Below, piece by piece: positions 39,951-52,538 of a stretch of 64,000 bases of DNA. Under the pieces are notes generated by a model that ran no database searches, had not been told where the DNA came from, and worked only from the letters and a program-made list of their open reading frames with translations. The DNA is from Ruditapes philippinarum (lineage: Eukaryota). The stretch lies in assembly GCF_026571515.1 (NCBI RefSeq), contig NW_026867139.1, positions 62,001 through 126,000 of the forward strand, given 5' to 3'. Positions within the stretch are counted from its first letter, which is position 1; every line of letters starts with the position of its first letter. A program made the position numbers and the translations under genes.

Positions 39951-40459
39951 GGAATGGGTAAGATATAAACATCCATACATTACAAAGTTGTTAAATGTTT
40001 AAAATAGCACTAATTGGAAACTGTGCCAGAACTTCAAGTGGTGTGAATTGATAAATACACATGTATTAGAGAGATGGGGTTACTGATAGAAGCAAAGATC
40101 CTGTGATTTATATGTTTTTTGAACTGTTGAGTTACTAGTGTGTAGATGTTAAAAGTGGATAAATATACATGAGGGTTTGTTTTGAACCCCTGAAGGAAAT
40201 ACTAGTACTAAACAAACATTGATTTATTTGTTTTTAAAGAAGAACGTACATTTACAATATGCTGATCTGTGCTTATTGATTTCACATTATTTACAGCTGG
40301 AAAAAGGATTTTATTTATATTAAACTTACTTTAACTGAAGAAGTTGAAGTGGTGTCTGCCTCTCAAACTATTGGTCATTGTTCGAAGCCCCTTTTGGATC
40401 ATGACAATGGCTTCAGTACTGACAATGGCTTCAGTACCAATTAGTTCCAGGAAGCAGAC

Positions 40460-40806
40460 TTAAAGGGACTCCACTGAGTTTTTTTTTTGACATGATTGGA
40501 CTGGAAATAATTTTTCAAGATTAATGTTCGCACTTCCATTTGGTGTAGTTCTAGAAAAGTAACTTTTGTGAAAAATGTCAGATCAATCGTTTTCTAGTTT
40601 TTTTTCCAGAATGATTATTCTTGTTGTGAAAAATGACTGAATGCTTTTTAATCAAATCAGACTGTGAATAGCACAACAGTACGACTCCAAATTCTTTATT
40701 AGACTTATTCTTAATTTTTTTTTTGCATACCTTTCCGTTTCAAGTGCACCTGTTGATCTTATGTAAGAAATTAAAATTTTATATGACCTCAGTGGAGTTC
40801 CTTTAA
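40460..40806. mobile_element. TTAA-flanked MITE (Kolobok-like ends)
   Basis: ttaa-agggactccactgag ... ctcagtggagttcct-ttaa. Confidence 0.78.
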
Positions 40807-41864
40807 TAACAGTTTAGATCAGCTCCTAGGTATGAATTAAATGAACATTGTAAAATGGCTTTAATTGGTTTAATATCTTATAGTTATATTTTTATTATAA
40901 TTATTGTGTTTTCACTATTCTATGTAAACTTTGGTTTCTTGTTATTGAATATAATAGGACATACATGTATATTGTGCTGATTATTTAATGTCTGTTTAAT
41001 TGACTTTAAGAGCAACTTCCATTTTCATTGTCATTTATGTATTTTATACAAAGTTTACTCATTTACTATGCGCATGTCAACTGACGGCAATTTTGATCAT
41101 ATTTGAGTATAGGTATGTTTTTATTATTTTGTCTTTATTTCATAAAAACAATACCATGTTATTGCACTATTACTCTTTTGAATTTGCATGGCCTTCAAAT
41201 TACTCAATGCATCCAACAAGTTTTCTTTGTCCTTTGTGTTAAAAACACATCTTTCTTAACCATATTATTAAATTTTTCATAACTTGTTCTCAATAATAAG
41301 TCCCTGTTTTATTATGAATACTATTTATCTGAGGTCATGGTCACATTGTGAGGTTCAAAGTTAGATTTCTGAAAAAATGGTTAAAATTTCTAAATAAAGA
41401 TATCTGTTTTTTGTGGATGGATATATTTACGACATTGAAAGGTTATGTATATTAGAGGTTTTTCTTTGGAGATAATAAAAATGTACAGTCTAAATTTACA
41501 ATAAAAATGAAAGAGAAGAGGATAAGTGTTTTGTTTTTTATGATCATTATTTATTTTAAAATAATCATTATTGCACTAACATTTCAGGACTATATCTTTA
41601 AAAATGTATGATGAAAGTGTTTACAATTCAACATTCATACCATTAAATTTAACCCGGAGTGACTGCAACTGAAAGTGACTAGCCTTTGCCACCTGTATCG
41701 AGTCGGGCTAGCTTACACTTCACGTCTGACCCAGCCCTTTTCTGTTTGCCTTTCATGGTGATATACCAAACTTTGATAAATGGACACTTTCAGATACGGA
41801 AGCTGGCCAGTCCATTTAAGAAATTCAGCAGTTTAAGAAATTAAGAGTTAAGTAGAGCTGTATA

Positions 41865-42100
41865 CAGGGCTGCGTTTTATAGAAAGTCCTAAGTCCATCA
41901 AAAGTCTTATGACAACCTATAGGACTAACTTACAAACTACAATGGCACGAGGTGTAAATATTCATCTGCATTGCTAAACAAAAATTATAGAGTCTTAATA
42001 ATTATAAGAGTCATAAGTTAGGACATTTTCATTGAAACGAAAATTGTCACAGTTTTGGTCTTGGGACATATTTTGGGACTTTCCATGAAACGCAACCCTG
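41865..42100. mobile_element. 236-bp MITE
   Basis: ~28-bp imperfect TIRs cagggctgcgttttatagaaagtcctaa / ttgggactttccatgaaacgcaaccctg; no clear TSD. Confidence 0.72.
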
Positions 42101-42536
42101 GTCTGCATCATATATACATATTACAAACCATGGCACACACAAAAATATAAATTACAGGCAAATACCATGTACAAAGAATGTTACACATTAAAATTTGAAT
42201 ATTTCACATTTATGTTCCTTCATACACACCATGTTATCTAAATACATGTACCACATGCACAGTGAGAACAATTAAAATTCAGTACATAGGCATTGCTCAA
42301 TAAATTTATAATGTACGTTTGACTTTGCATTGCTGAATACAAAGGTAAAAGTCAGTATTTATTTTGTCGGATTCAGTTCATCTTGAGAGAGTCCTTTTTC
42401 AAGATAGTCCTTTCGTTTTTGTTACACGACATACCATAATGCTTATTTGTTAACTGTTGCCTGATGAAAACCCAACTTTCGAAATGTCTTGACTTGTTGC
42501 CTATGTTTTATTTTATATCTTCACGCAGACGACAAT

Positions 42537-45500
42537 TTACAAAAGTATAATGATAACAACAACAATGAGAAGGACCTCGCCCCAACCTACATCCCGTTTT
42601 GGTCTAAGTCGTCTGTGAACTGACAGAGCCTTTACTGTGTTTTGAACTTCTGCAAATAAAAGATAGTTCCTAATTAATTTTTTATTCAAACTCTTTAAAG
42701 GCACATTATGCCCCAGAAATCAAAATACATGTATTTTTTTTTAATTCTTTAGAAATGTCAAACATTGTTTTATAATGGATTAAGAGCATGTTAGATATTC
42801 AACAACTGAAAATTAGCTATGAACATGCAGTGATGTGTGGTAAAGGTATCAAAACTTAATCAAAGTAGTATTTTGACTTCCATACATTAAATTTCATTAA
42901 ATATACCATTTGACAACAGACCAAAATAAGCAAAAAGAGATTTTATGTATATGGCAAATGAGTATTTTTTCCTAAACCCTGACAAGATACCAAAAATAAA
43001 CAGGTTTTGAGAAATAAAATTTTTAGCGTTTGTATTTTGATGAGAAAAAGTCTTGGCATAAAGATGTAGCGATAATATAATACACATGAACCTTGCAGCT
43101 CTTTATACAGAAATCTGTATTTGGCTCATTTGTCTGGTCAAGAAAGTTCTTTTATTTCATAAAACATTACCCTTCAATACTTTGAAATACAGCAAACATT
43201 TCCTATATACAAGTCAAAGTTCGTGCATTGGCCAGACAAAAGAGCATAATGCCAATCGTCTTCCTGGTGAGCAATACCATTTCAGACATCAGTCATAAAT
43301 TAATTAATGCTCTCTAAAATCATCGAACAAACGTTAATTTTGGGATTAAAGTATATGTTGAGGCTACTAATTTGTGAAAATGTTAACAAATGAACTTCAC
43401 AAGAAAGCCTTAAAACTTCTTGTCAAATATGCAACAACAAGAATACTACTACCCAGCCTCCCTTCCCCCACTTCCTCATACTTAAACTTACCCGGCATTG
43501 GTTTCAGCTCGTATACTTCCAGTCCTTTACAAAGCTCAGCTGACAGGGGCGATAACTCTGACTGATAAACGATGTCATCTTTTTGGAGATGAAGCGATGT
43601 TTTCTTGTTGGGAAATTTAAACTGAAATAAATAAGTATGTTAATACCTTTTTGTTAAGAACAGCATATCCCTGTGTAAATGTGAAAGGGAAAATATACTT
43701 TACAGATCTAGAGTTGACTTCTTTTCAGTTTGTGAAATAAGAATACTGAGGCAGTACCGAAATAACATAAAGTTTCACGTCATTGATTGATGTTTTTTAC
43801 AGTACATTTTTTTATTTAATATTTTAGTATGCACTGCCGATGTCTTTAGGATACAAAACTAGTTCTGTGCCATGAGGTCAAACGAGACGTGGCTCTGTCA
43901 CTTTTTCGTGTTGTTGTTGTTGTTTTTTTTTTCAAACTTGTTTCAAAGAGTGGTAATCGCACCATGATTTCACAGTATTACCATCGATATTCTTTTAGAA
44001 TAACAAATGTCTTTTTTCAAATGTTTCACTAAAAGATCGTGCAAAAACTATTCGGCGACCTTTTCATGCATTCACACAGAAGCTGACTATTTTGTATCTT
44101 ATTGTATCATTCGCGTAAAGAAGTAAACTACGATAAGATATACACCTACCTCTTTATCTGGGTTTTTGAGAGCGTTCTTTATTTGTTGTAAGGTGACTAG
44201 TTCTTCATTAAATGCTAACACTCCACAATATTTGGCATCTGGTGAGTTTTTCATCGTCATCAACATCTGTTGAGGAACAAAATATTTATAATTAGAGGTA
44301 TGTGCAATAACAATATATTTGTTTGGAAAATAGAATAAGTAATTATAAACAGTAGTTTGAAGTAACATATTGTTAGTCGCGATTGATGCCGTGCTGCTAC
44401 TGTTGCTGCTGATATTGAAGATAGTTAAGGATGTGATGATGATTGTGGTGATGATGATAATGATGATGATGATGATGATGATGATGAAGATTATTGTATC
44501 AAGATTCAATTTCAGGAATTTTAGTTAAGAAAAAAAAAAGAAACATGATTAAATAAAACACCCAAAATTTCTCCTTATGCTTCAAAACATCAGATAATTA
44601 TAACATTACTGCAATAGCAACAGATATATCAATAAAAGGAATGTTAGCGGTCAAGATTGCCAGCCATAAAGTCTATCATAATTTTAGGCTTTAAATGTAT
44701 GCTAGCTTTGTAGTCTATATATCTATATACAACCACGACAACAATCATAAAATAACAACAAAAAAGTGGCTACATGGCCTAGTGATTTATGCGTCAGACT
44801 AAAAATCTTATAATCGCTAGCCGCATGGGTTCAAATCCCGTCAAGTGCGAGTCGTTTCCTTAAGCAAGAAACATTTTACACTCATTGCTCAGTACTGGTT
44901 GGTTCCAGGAACATATTCGAAAGTGTGTCTATCAGATTATAGCTTCCCACGCAGTCAAACTAAAATTCTGTTTAAACCAAAGTGACCACCTATACATTAA
45001 TCTTGCATTTTGTCCTGAGCGCGAAATGTCATTCAATTTTCTATGGGGATAATTAAACTGTAAAAAGTCTATACTGATTTAATACCAACTGTATAGTGCA
45101 CTCAATCGGCATTACATTGAAATAAGCACATTAAAATACCTTATCGAAATCTAACACCACACTCATGCCACCTTGAACCACGAACTGCACTTCCTTGTTG
45201 TGGATGGTGACCGCCTGGCCTTGTTTCTTCTGTACACCTCTCATCTGACCGTTCTTTAAGCTCGAAGTCACATAGTTAATGAAATATTCCTGTAATTATA
45301 TTATGAAAAAATGCAATACGGAAAGACTCCTACAAATGGAATAGCACATGAAAAATTATTGAAATAGTTATATTGAAGTTTATTGTATCAGACTGGAGTT
45401 CTTGAAGATCGTAATAAATCTAATCTTATAGTTGTCTTCTATAAGAGAGTTCTGTTCTTCGAATAAAAATAACATTCATAACAAAATAATAATAATAATA

Positions 45501-45887
45501 CTATGAAGAAGAAGAAGAAGTATTAAGAAGAAGAAGAACTTTTTGCAGTTCTGAGGGACATTAACCAATTCTGCACATACAAAATATGTTATTTTTCCAA
45601 TCCTGGAAACAACAATTTTGTATTCAAAGCTACACATAAATAAGTTCTGCGCTGTAAAAAACGCAGATAATGATATACACTTGTATTAACCATATTTTGA
45701 AAGTACCAAAGATATGCACATCTAAGCAATAGAGAGAAACATGCATTCGTTTCAGCCGAAAATATGCAATAAGATAAGCAATATTATTAACACATACCCC
45801 GTCCGATCTCTTCTTCATTTCCCCTACATGATATCCAAATGTCATGGCAACCAAGCATAGTAAAGAGAGTACATGAAACTTATTCAT
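42537..45887 (-). CDS. Secreted BRICHOS-domain prepropeptide, 199 aa, 5 coding exons, with a C-terminal hydrophobic peptide
   Basis: Exons 45887-45798, 45289-45140, 44266-44150, 43621-43492, 42649-42537; GT-AG, phases 0,0,0,1; 600 nt. Protein: MNKFHVLSLLCLVAMTFGYHVGEMKKRSDG/EYFINYVTSSLKNGQMRGVQKKQGQAVTIHNKEVQFVVQGGMSVVLDFDK/MLMTMKNSPDAKYCGVLAFNEELVTLQQIKNALKNPDKE/FKFPNKKTSLHLQKDDIVYQSELSPLSAELCKGLEVYELKPMP/EVQNTVKALSVHRRLRPKRDVGWGEVLLIVVVIIILL*. BRICHOS hallmarks: VVLDF (conserved Asp), a first Cys 17 residues later, and the L...LC.G..VY.L end. Confidence 0.85.
44430..44488. repeat. (GAT)n microsatellite in an intron
   Basis: Direct reading; it explains the poly-Ile stretch of ORF 44099-44509. 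Confidence 0.9.
44765..44970 (+). mobile_element. tRNA-derived SINE (Meta-type core)
   Basis: A-box tggcctagtg, B-box gggttcaaatcc, and core 'cactcattgctcagtactggttggttccaggaac'. Confidence 0.78.
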
Positions 45888-46761
45888 CTTTTAAATAATT
45901 GTTCCTGAAAAATAGACAAATCGATCAATGAAATAATCATTATTTAGTTTATTATCATTTTGATGATTTATGATGGAAAGATTATCATTTAGTATTATTT
46001 ATTATTATCATGATAATTATTATAATTATCATTTCATTTTATATTTATTATTAATCATCAACATCATCATCATCATCAATTATTATTATTATTATTTTAT
46101 TATTTATTTATTATTATTTTTTATATTAACCATCATAATATAGAATGTAGATAATTAGAAAATAAGACAAAATCATTGCGCTTTGAAACAACTCAACATG
46201 CCTTTATGTCCAATCCGTATAAACGTACAAATACTTTCAACTGTATTTTTTTAATATGTTTAATACGGTTTTCTTCTGGCTTATATACATTTTGAGGTAC
46301 GAATGTGTCTGAAAAAATAATGTCAATCAACCAATCACCAATCAGAAAAACTCGGTTTTAAACGTAATTAGTAATCTGTACCATGTGACCCGATTATATA
46401 CATATTAACATAGTTTTATTATATACGCATCGTATACTGTAAATAAAATTTTCCGCCTCCGCGATAGTTAAAAAAATAAAAACAGAATTAAAATCGATTT
46501 TAAACGATAACAACAAGATCCTGTTGTGGTCAAAATATTATCCGTCTTAAACCTCGTTGACGTCAAATCACGGGCTTAAGAAGTTTTAGCTGAAGGTATT
46601 AACAGTTTAAAATAACATAAATAAAGTGTTTATCACAGTCATAGTAGTATCAAGGAGTGGGGTTTTTTTAATCTGAAAACGGTTAGATGTTAAGACCCAA
46701 TCAGGAGCTTCAAAGATACATTTACTGCAGACTATAATACGATCATATATTTTCATCTTAA

Positions 46762-47490
46762 GGCCGTGTCTACACCTATTCAAGTTTCTTACATGTCACA
46801 TTTAGATAAGCTAAATAAATGGCCCTTTCAACATTTTTTCAGGCACAATTTTCACTGAAATGTCTCATTAAGATAGCCCAGGATTTATACCTTTTTCTTT
46901 GCAAGACTATCATGTTTCTGTAAAATATGTGGGAAAAAAAGCGGGAAAATGATGCAATTAGCTACAACAGAATGGAGTTCATTGAAAAAATGTGACAAAA
47001 ATTTATTTTGATGCAAATTCTTTATTTGATGAAAGTTGTTCACTAAGTGAACAAGATCATTTTAATCCATTTTGACTCTACTTAAAAAAAAGCGCTCTTT
47101 TTTATTTTTTTACAATGTATTTATTTATTTATTTTTTTTGCTCTTGTGTATCAGCGTATTGATTTGTTCCTTTGACCAAGACATTGTAATCATTTACTGA
47201 AATTCAAAGGGCATGTACACTGAATCAACAACAAAAAGTCAGAAAATAATAAAAATAACAGCACTATCAAACCTTCGGGCACATGTTTTGTGTCAAACCG
47301 GTGTTATCAGTGTCTTGACAGCCAAAAACTTGTAGAAAAATAGAACGTGTTCTAACTTTCTTGCAAGGAATTATCTTCTTGGATGTCACATAATTTCTCT
47401 TTAAAACTCATTCAAGTAGGGTGTCTACACTATCCAATACAAGAGAATATGATACTTGCATTCAAGACTTGGATAGGTGTAGACGGGCTC
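46762..47490. mobile_element. MITE with TAA TSD (PIF/Harbinger-like); partial copy at ~50238-50490
   Basis: taa-ggccgtgtctacacctattcaagt ... acttggataggtgtagacgggctc-taa; the left part is repeated at 50.24 kb. Confidence 0.68.
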
Positions 47491-47929
47491 TAACACTTGT
47501 TGATGACTCAGATTTCTACGGTGTTCCTAGAGCGCAAAGACGTATACATAGATCAACAGGGGCAGCCTTTTTTTTTGGGGGGGGGGGGTGTATGGGGGTG
47601 TATGCTTAGCCTGATTTGAGTTGAAACGCTTATCATTTTTGGTGATTTTTCACAATCAATATAATTATTCCGGAAAATACGGAGTGAGCTGATGATCCTA
47701 GGCTTACATCAAATGAAAATGCATTTGGGAAAAATAATTTTAGTCCCATCATGTCAAAAAAGCTATGTGAACTCCCTTTAACATTATCATTGACCAATGG
47801 ATTTGCCGTCTTTTGAATTTTGAACAGTTCGTTCAAATAATGAGGATCTTCAGTAAACAAAATATGAAAAATACAACAACGGCTGGACTGGCTCTATTCT
47901 GGTGGCAAGGGCCATTCATTAGAATTAAA

Positions 47930-47963
<34 letters not shown>

Positions 47964-50047
47964 ACAAAACAACAGAGAGCCCTATCAATATTCAATTTGA
48001 CTATATATAAGCTGGCTTGACCGTCACTAGAGGTGGAAGAACCTGAAAATAGAAAAAAATGAAATAAAAAAGAAATACAAAAATTCTTGTATTCGAATCT
48101 AAAGAATAAAATTATGATCGCATTTTGCATTACGGATTTATTCTTTTTTTTCGTTCATATCTGGGGTTCGATTTAATATTTAATACAATGTGTTTTTCAA
48201 TTATAGCCGGAAATGAAAGCACATACTAACATATTACTGGGGATATGTACAAATCAGCTATATGCAATTAAAATATTTGAAAATTCGAAAACAAATTGGC
48301 CTATCTGAATATACATGTATATAACACATTTTGTCTCACTTACAATGTCGTACATGGTCATCCGGGAATGATGGGGGAGAAGGGGGGGGGGGGGGGATTA
48401 GCGAAGGCATTGTTTTTCTTATTTGCTTAATGTAAATGTGCGCAAAAAGCTATACATAATACAAAATATTCATAAATCAAACAATAATAATATGTCCTTT
48501 TCAAAATCACCAAAGCAATTTCATAAAAGGCAATTTACTGTACATAATATGATTATTCTCAATATTATTTTTAATCAGAAGCAAATCGAAACACCTGGCT
48601 AATTACCCTGATTACCAATTACCCGTATAATAATTATAGTTGCAATTGATCACTGACCACAGACCTTTTTATGAAAGAATTTGACCATAAGTTAATAGTT
48701 CATAAGAATTTATTCTAGATCGATTGTGTTAAACCATTACACTCGTTGAAACACTGTTTAATCCGTTCCTGGAACCAACTAGTACCAATTAAGCAATGAG
48801 TTAAATAATTTTTGATTACGTTTGAACCGGCGCGACCAGCAATCGTTAGATACTAGTCCGACGCGTTAATTAGTCTGCCATATAGGTGTTCGGCTCATTG
48901 CATCCCCATTCCCATCATCTATCTCAGTATAAATATAAATACGAAAAATACGAAGTAAAATTAGGGCGTGGCTTTGCGACTAGAATATTAAAATAAAATA
49001 AAAAAGAAGATGAATACTAGTAACTAGCTTAGTCAATAAGACGCTAATAAGAAGAAAACGTCTTTAACAACTACAAACGTTCCTATATTGCTTTTTTGAG
49101 TTGTTTAAATCGTATAAATTTTTCTTAGAAGTGTCTGTTATGTAGAAAAATTACCAAGAAATGTGCAAATAAAACAATAAGATTGTAAGATTTAACAACA
49201 AATCGACCAGTTATAAGCATATAACGTAAACACCACCCATCCCCCCCCCCCTAAAAAAAAAACACTTCTATTTTGTAACGTTTCAAAAATGGTCTACGAG
49301 CATGCTAAGTACGAGTACTTATCACTTGAGGAAAGTAGCTATCAATAGTGAGCCCATAACACACACTTAAGTGTTGTATACTATTTACTATTTAGGTATA
49401 GAACAATGCAAAATGTAATGTGCGAAAACGATAAATAGAAAATGATTTATTTTTCGCGGTATATGAACATATTAAATGTTATATTTTACATCGAATGATA
49501 TTTAGAATATTTTCTTTTTCTTATATCAAAGTCTCAAAGTCTAACACGCCCGTCATTTGCCATAAGTTCATCTAGGAAAAGGCAATTATGATATTGTTGC
49601 GAAAACTTCTCTTTTTTGAAAAGCTTTGTTTATTCACTTTTTTCGCTTAAAAGTAAACCATTTCTCTATGCAGGTATATAATGAACAAGTCAATTCCAAG
49701 TGAAAGCAGGATTATATTTATTGCAGTAAATCAAAATAATGCATCATTCTATTTTCTATCAACAGTCAAAACCAAAGTAAAATTCTTAACATCTTCAACA
49801 AATACATTTCTTCAATTATTAACTCAAAAACAAATCAACTCCAAACCCCAACTCACTTCCTCAACCCCCCCCCCCCCCCCACAGCTAGAAAAGTTCCCAG
49901 CTTATATACCCTTCTGTTTGCGCAGCTAGGTTGGTGTGCAAAAGTAAATTGTCGCGCGACCCACTTGCGCTAACCAGTTTGGCACACAACTCATTGCGCG
50001 ACCTGAATGTTGCGCAACCTATTAAAAGTGCTGACAATGCCTTAAGT

Positions 50048-50155
50048 ATAGGTTAGTGTTTAATAATATGTATTAACAAAAATAATTGGTCAAGCCTGCC
50101 GCAGGCAGGCGACCAATTATTTTTTGTTAATGCGTATTATTAAACATTAACCTAT
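50048..50155. repeat. Imperfect palindrome with ~45-bp arms and a GC-rich centre
   Basis: ataggttagtgtttaataat...aataattggtc / gaccaattatt...attattaaacattaacctat. Confidence 0.8.
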
Positions 50156-52538
50156 TTAATGATCAACATTATTTTTTCAACCAAAAACAAGGCATTGCTC
50201 TAAATCACTGACAGCTCCGCCCTTTCGCTCTACAATATGTCTACACCTTGTCAAGTTTCTAACATGTCACATTTAGATAAGCTAATTAAATGGCCCTTTC
50301 AACATATAATCAGGCACATTTTTTACTGAAATGTCATAGAATTTATACCGACTATCAATTGCAGCCAGGAAAATGATGCAATTAGATGTTAATAAAATGT
50401 GTACATCCTTTTAAAATAAATGAAAAATACATAAGAGATTATGAATTGATACAAATTCGTTATTGGCTTCAAGTTATTCACTAACATTTAAAATCCCTAT
50501 TGATTTGCTCATTTGAAAAAAAACAATTCACTTTTTCATTTTTCTGAGTGTCAATTTAGGTTTACAGGTCCATTTACAATGAGTTTTCCAGCCAAAAATG
50601 TAAACATTGTATTCTTAGTGTCAAGGATTGTTTATGCAGTTCATTCCTATCAACTGAATTTGGAAAATATTTAGAGTTTAAAACAGTCAGCAATTTATAA
50701 CAGACATTTTTCTTAGAGTTAAAAGGATATAAAAAAGTTATTATTTAATCATTGTCTCTGCGTGCCCCACATGTATTATCTGTGTAATAAATTTGATTGT
50801 ATCCTCACATTCAGAAACACCTGACCTTTAAAAAAGTAATGTTAGCAATGCTTTGAAAACCTAGATATTTTACAAATCAGAGTGTAAACCCTTCCTCTAA
50901 CTCCTCCCTAATATAATGCATTATTGAAATTTGTTAGACTGTGGTTAGACGACAGATTAAGTGAATTTTATTTACTTAGTACACATTAACCAAAGTTAGA
51001 CTAAGCAGAAATTTGAAAAATACTGCAATGTGATTGGACAAAAAATAATGTTGATCATTAACAATGTTCAAAATGGCCTGCAACTGGTTCAGGTATACAG
51101 ACTGTTGTACAATACAAACATAAGTACTAAAATACATAATAGTTATATAAATTTAGATGTTAACACTCAATAGCATAATTATTATCTGTCCAATAATGCA
51201 ACTTAATACATGTAATAGTGCAAAATACACTTGTATTAATAAAGATATATGTACTATATATGGCTTATAAGACCAATACATTTACTACTGATTGACATTT
51301 CTATAAACTTATAATACTGACTGATAATTCATTAAACAACAGAAATATAATCTCTCCAGCTTTACAACATACAGTTCAACATTTGAACCGAGTAACCTGT
51401 ACATAGATAAAGCAGTAAGGAATCACATTCATAAAATCTGATATGACCAAATTATGCTTTGTTAACAACAATTGAGATGCTGAAGGGCTAAAAATAACTT
51501 AAACCTTGTACTTTTAGTCTGCGCGGCCTCTTATTGCGCGACCTCTCCATATTTGGAACTAGCATGCCTTTAATCTAAAATTAACTGAGCTGTGCCAATA
51601 TTCTGGACTGTTAATGACTCAATTGTTTTACAACAAAAATGAGTGAAAGTTAACATAAAAATTTTAACCAGCTTAGAAATGTTGTCCAGATATACCATCC
51701 TAAAAGAATACTCTTCTAGTAAAAGATTAGTTTCAAATTTCATAACAATATCATAATTCGCTTTTGTTGTCTTTTATCTAAATACACATTTTCTTTATAT
51801 TCATTTATTTTCAAAACATGTTCTTACTTTCTACACTCGTCTAGAATTAAAAATTATGTACGCACGGAATTTTATTCGCCAAATTACAGAACTTTGTCGC
51901 ATGAACAAATCTTGTCATATTTAAGCGTTGATACGAATTATATCTGACGGTTTCTATAGCTACTCTTCTGTTTTGATCTTTGTGAAGCAAAGGTTTTCGA
52001 TTCAGCGGAAGCCAATATTAATGCTTAGTAAAATATGTATAAGTAAAGAATAGATCTGGATTATAGAAATATATTTTAGAGTTGGTGAAAAAAACAATTT
52101 AGGAAAATAAGAAAAAAAGAAACAAGTTTTATATATAAAGGAGGATATCAGGATAATAAACATTTAAATAATAAGAGAAAATGGATTCCTTTAAGAACGA
52201 CAATATATTGATAATGACACAATTGAAAATGTTGCAGACTTAGTTTGATTTAGTCCGTTCGTGGGCAGAAGTGGTAAGTGATACTAGTAAGCATGCAACG
52301 CTCACGCCCTCAGATGTAAGCAATATTCAACATTTAATTGATATAAACAATAATGCGAAAGTATGACTTTGGAAACGTCTGCAGAATTGATCAAACGGCG
52401 TTGACAATGGAAGCCTCGATGTTATACAAAAATTAATGGAAACTGGCTATTTAAGTTATTATGACTATCGGGCGTAAATTGTCAAACAACAGGATGGACA
52501 AATAAGCATAAAAAAGTTTGACTGTTAAATGTATCAAA

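Noticed and set aside
44099-44509. 136-aa ORF with poly-Ile
   Set aside because: The poly-Ile comes from an intronic (GAT)n microsatellite; only 44266-44150 is a real exon.
47995-49910. Possible 5'UTR exon (acceptor near 48042) and TATA box (~49905, minus strand) for the BRICHOS gene
   Set aside because: Plausible, since an acceptor lies at 45905 just upstream of the ATG, but it cannot be supported without transcripts.
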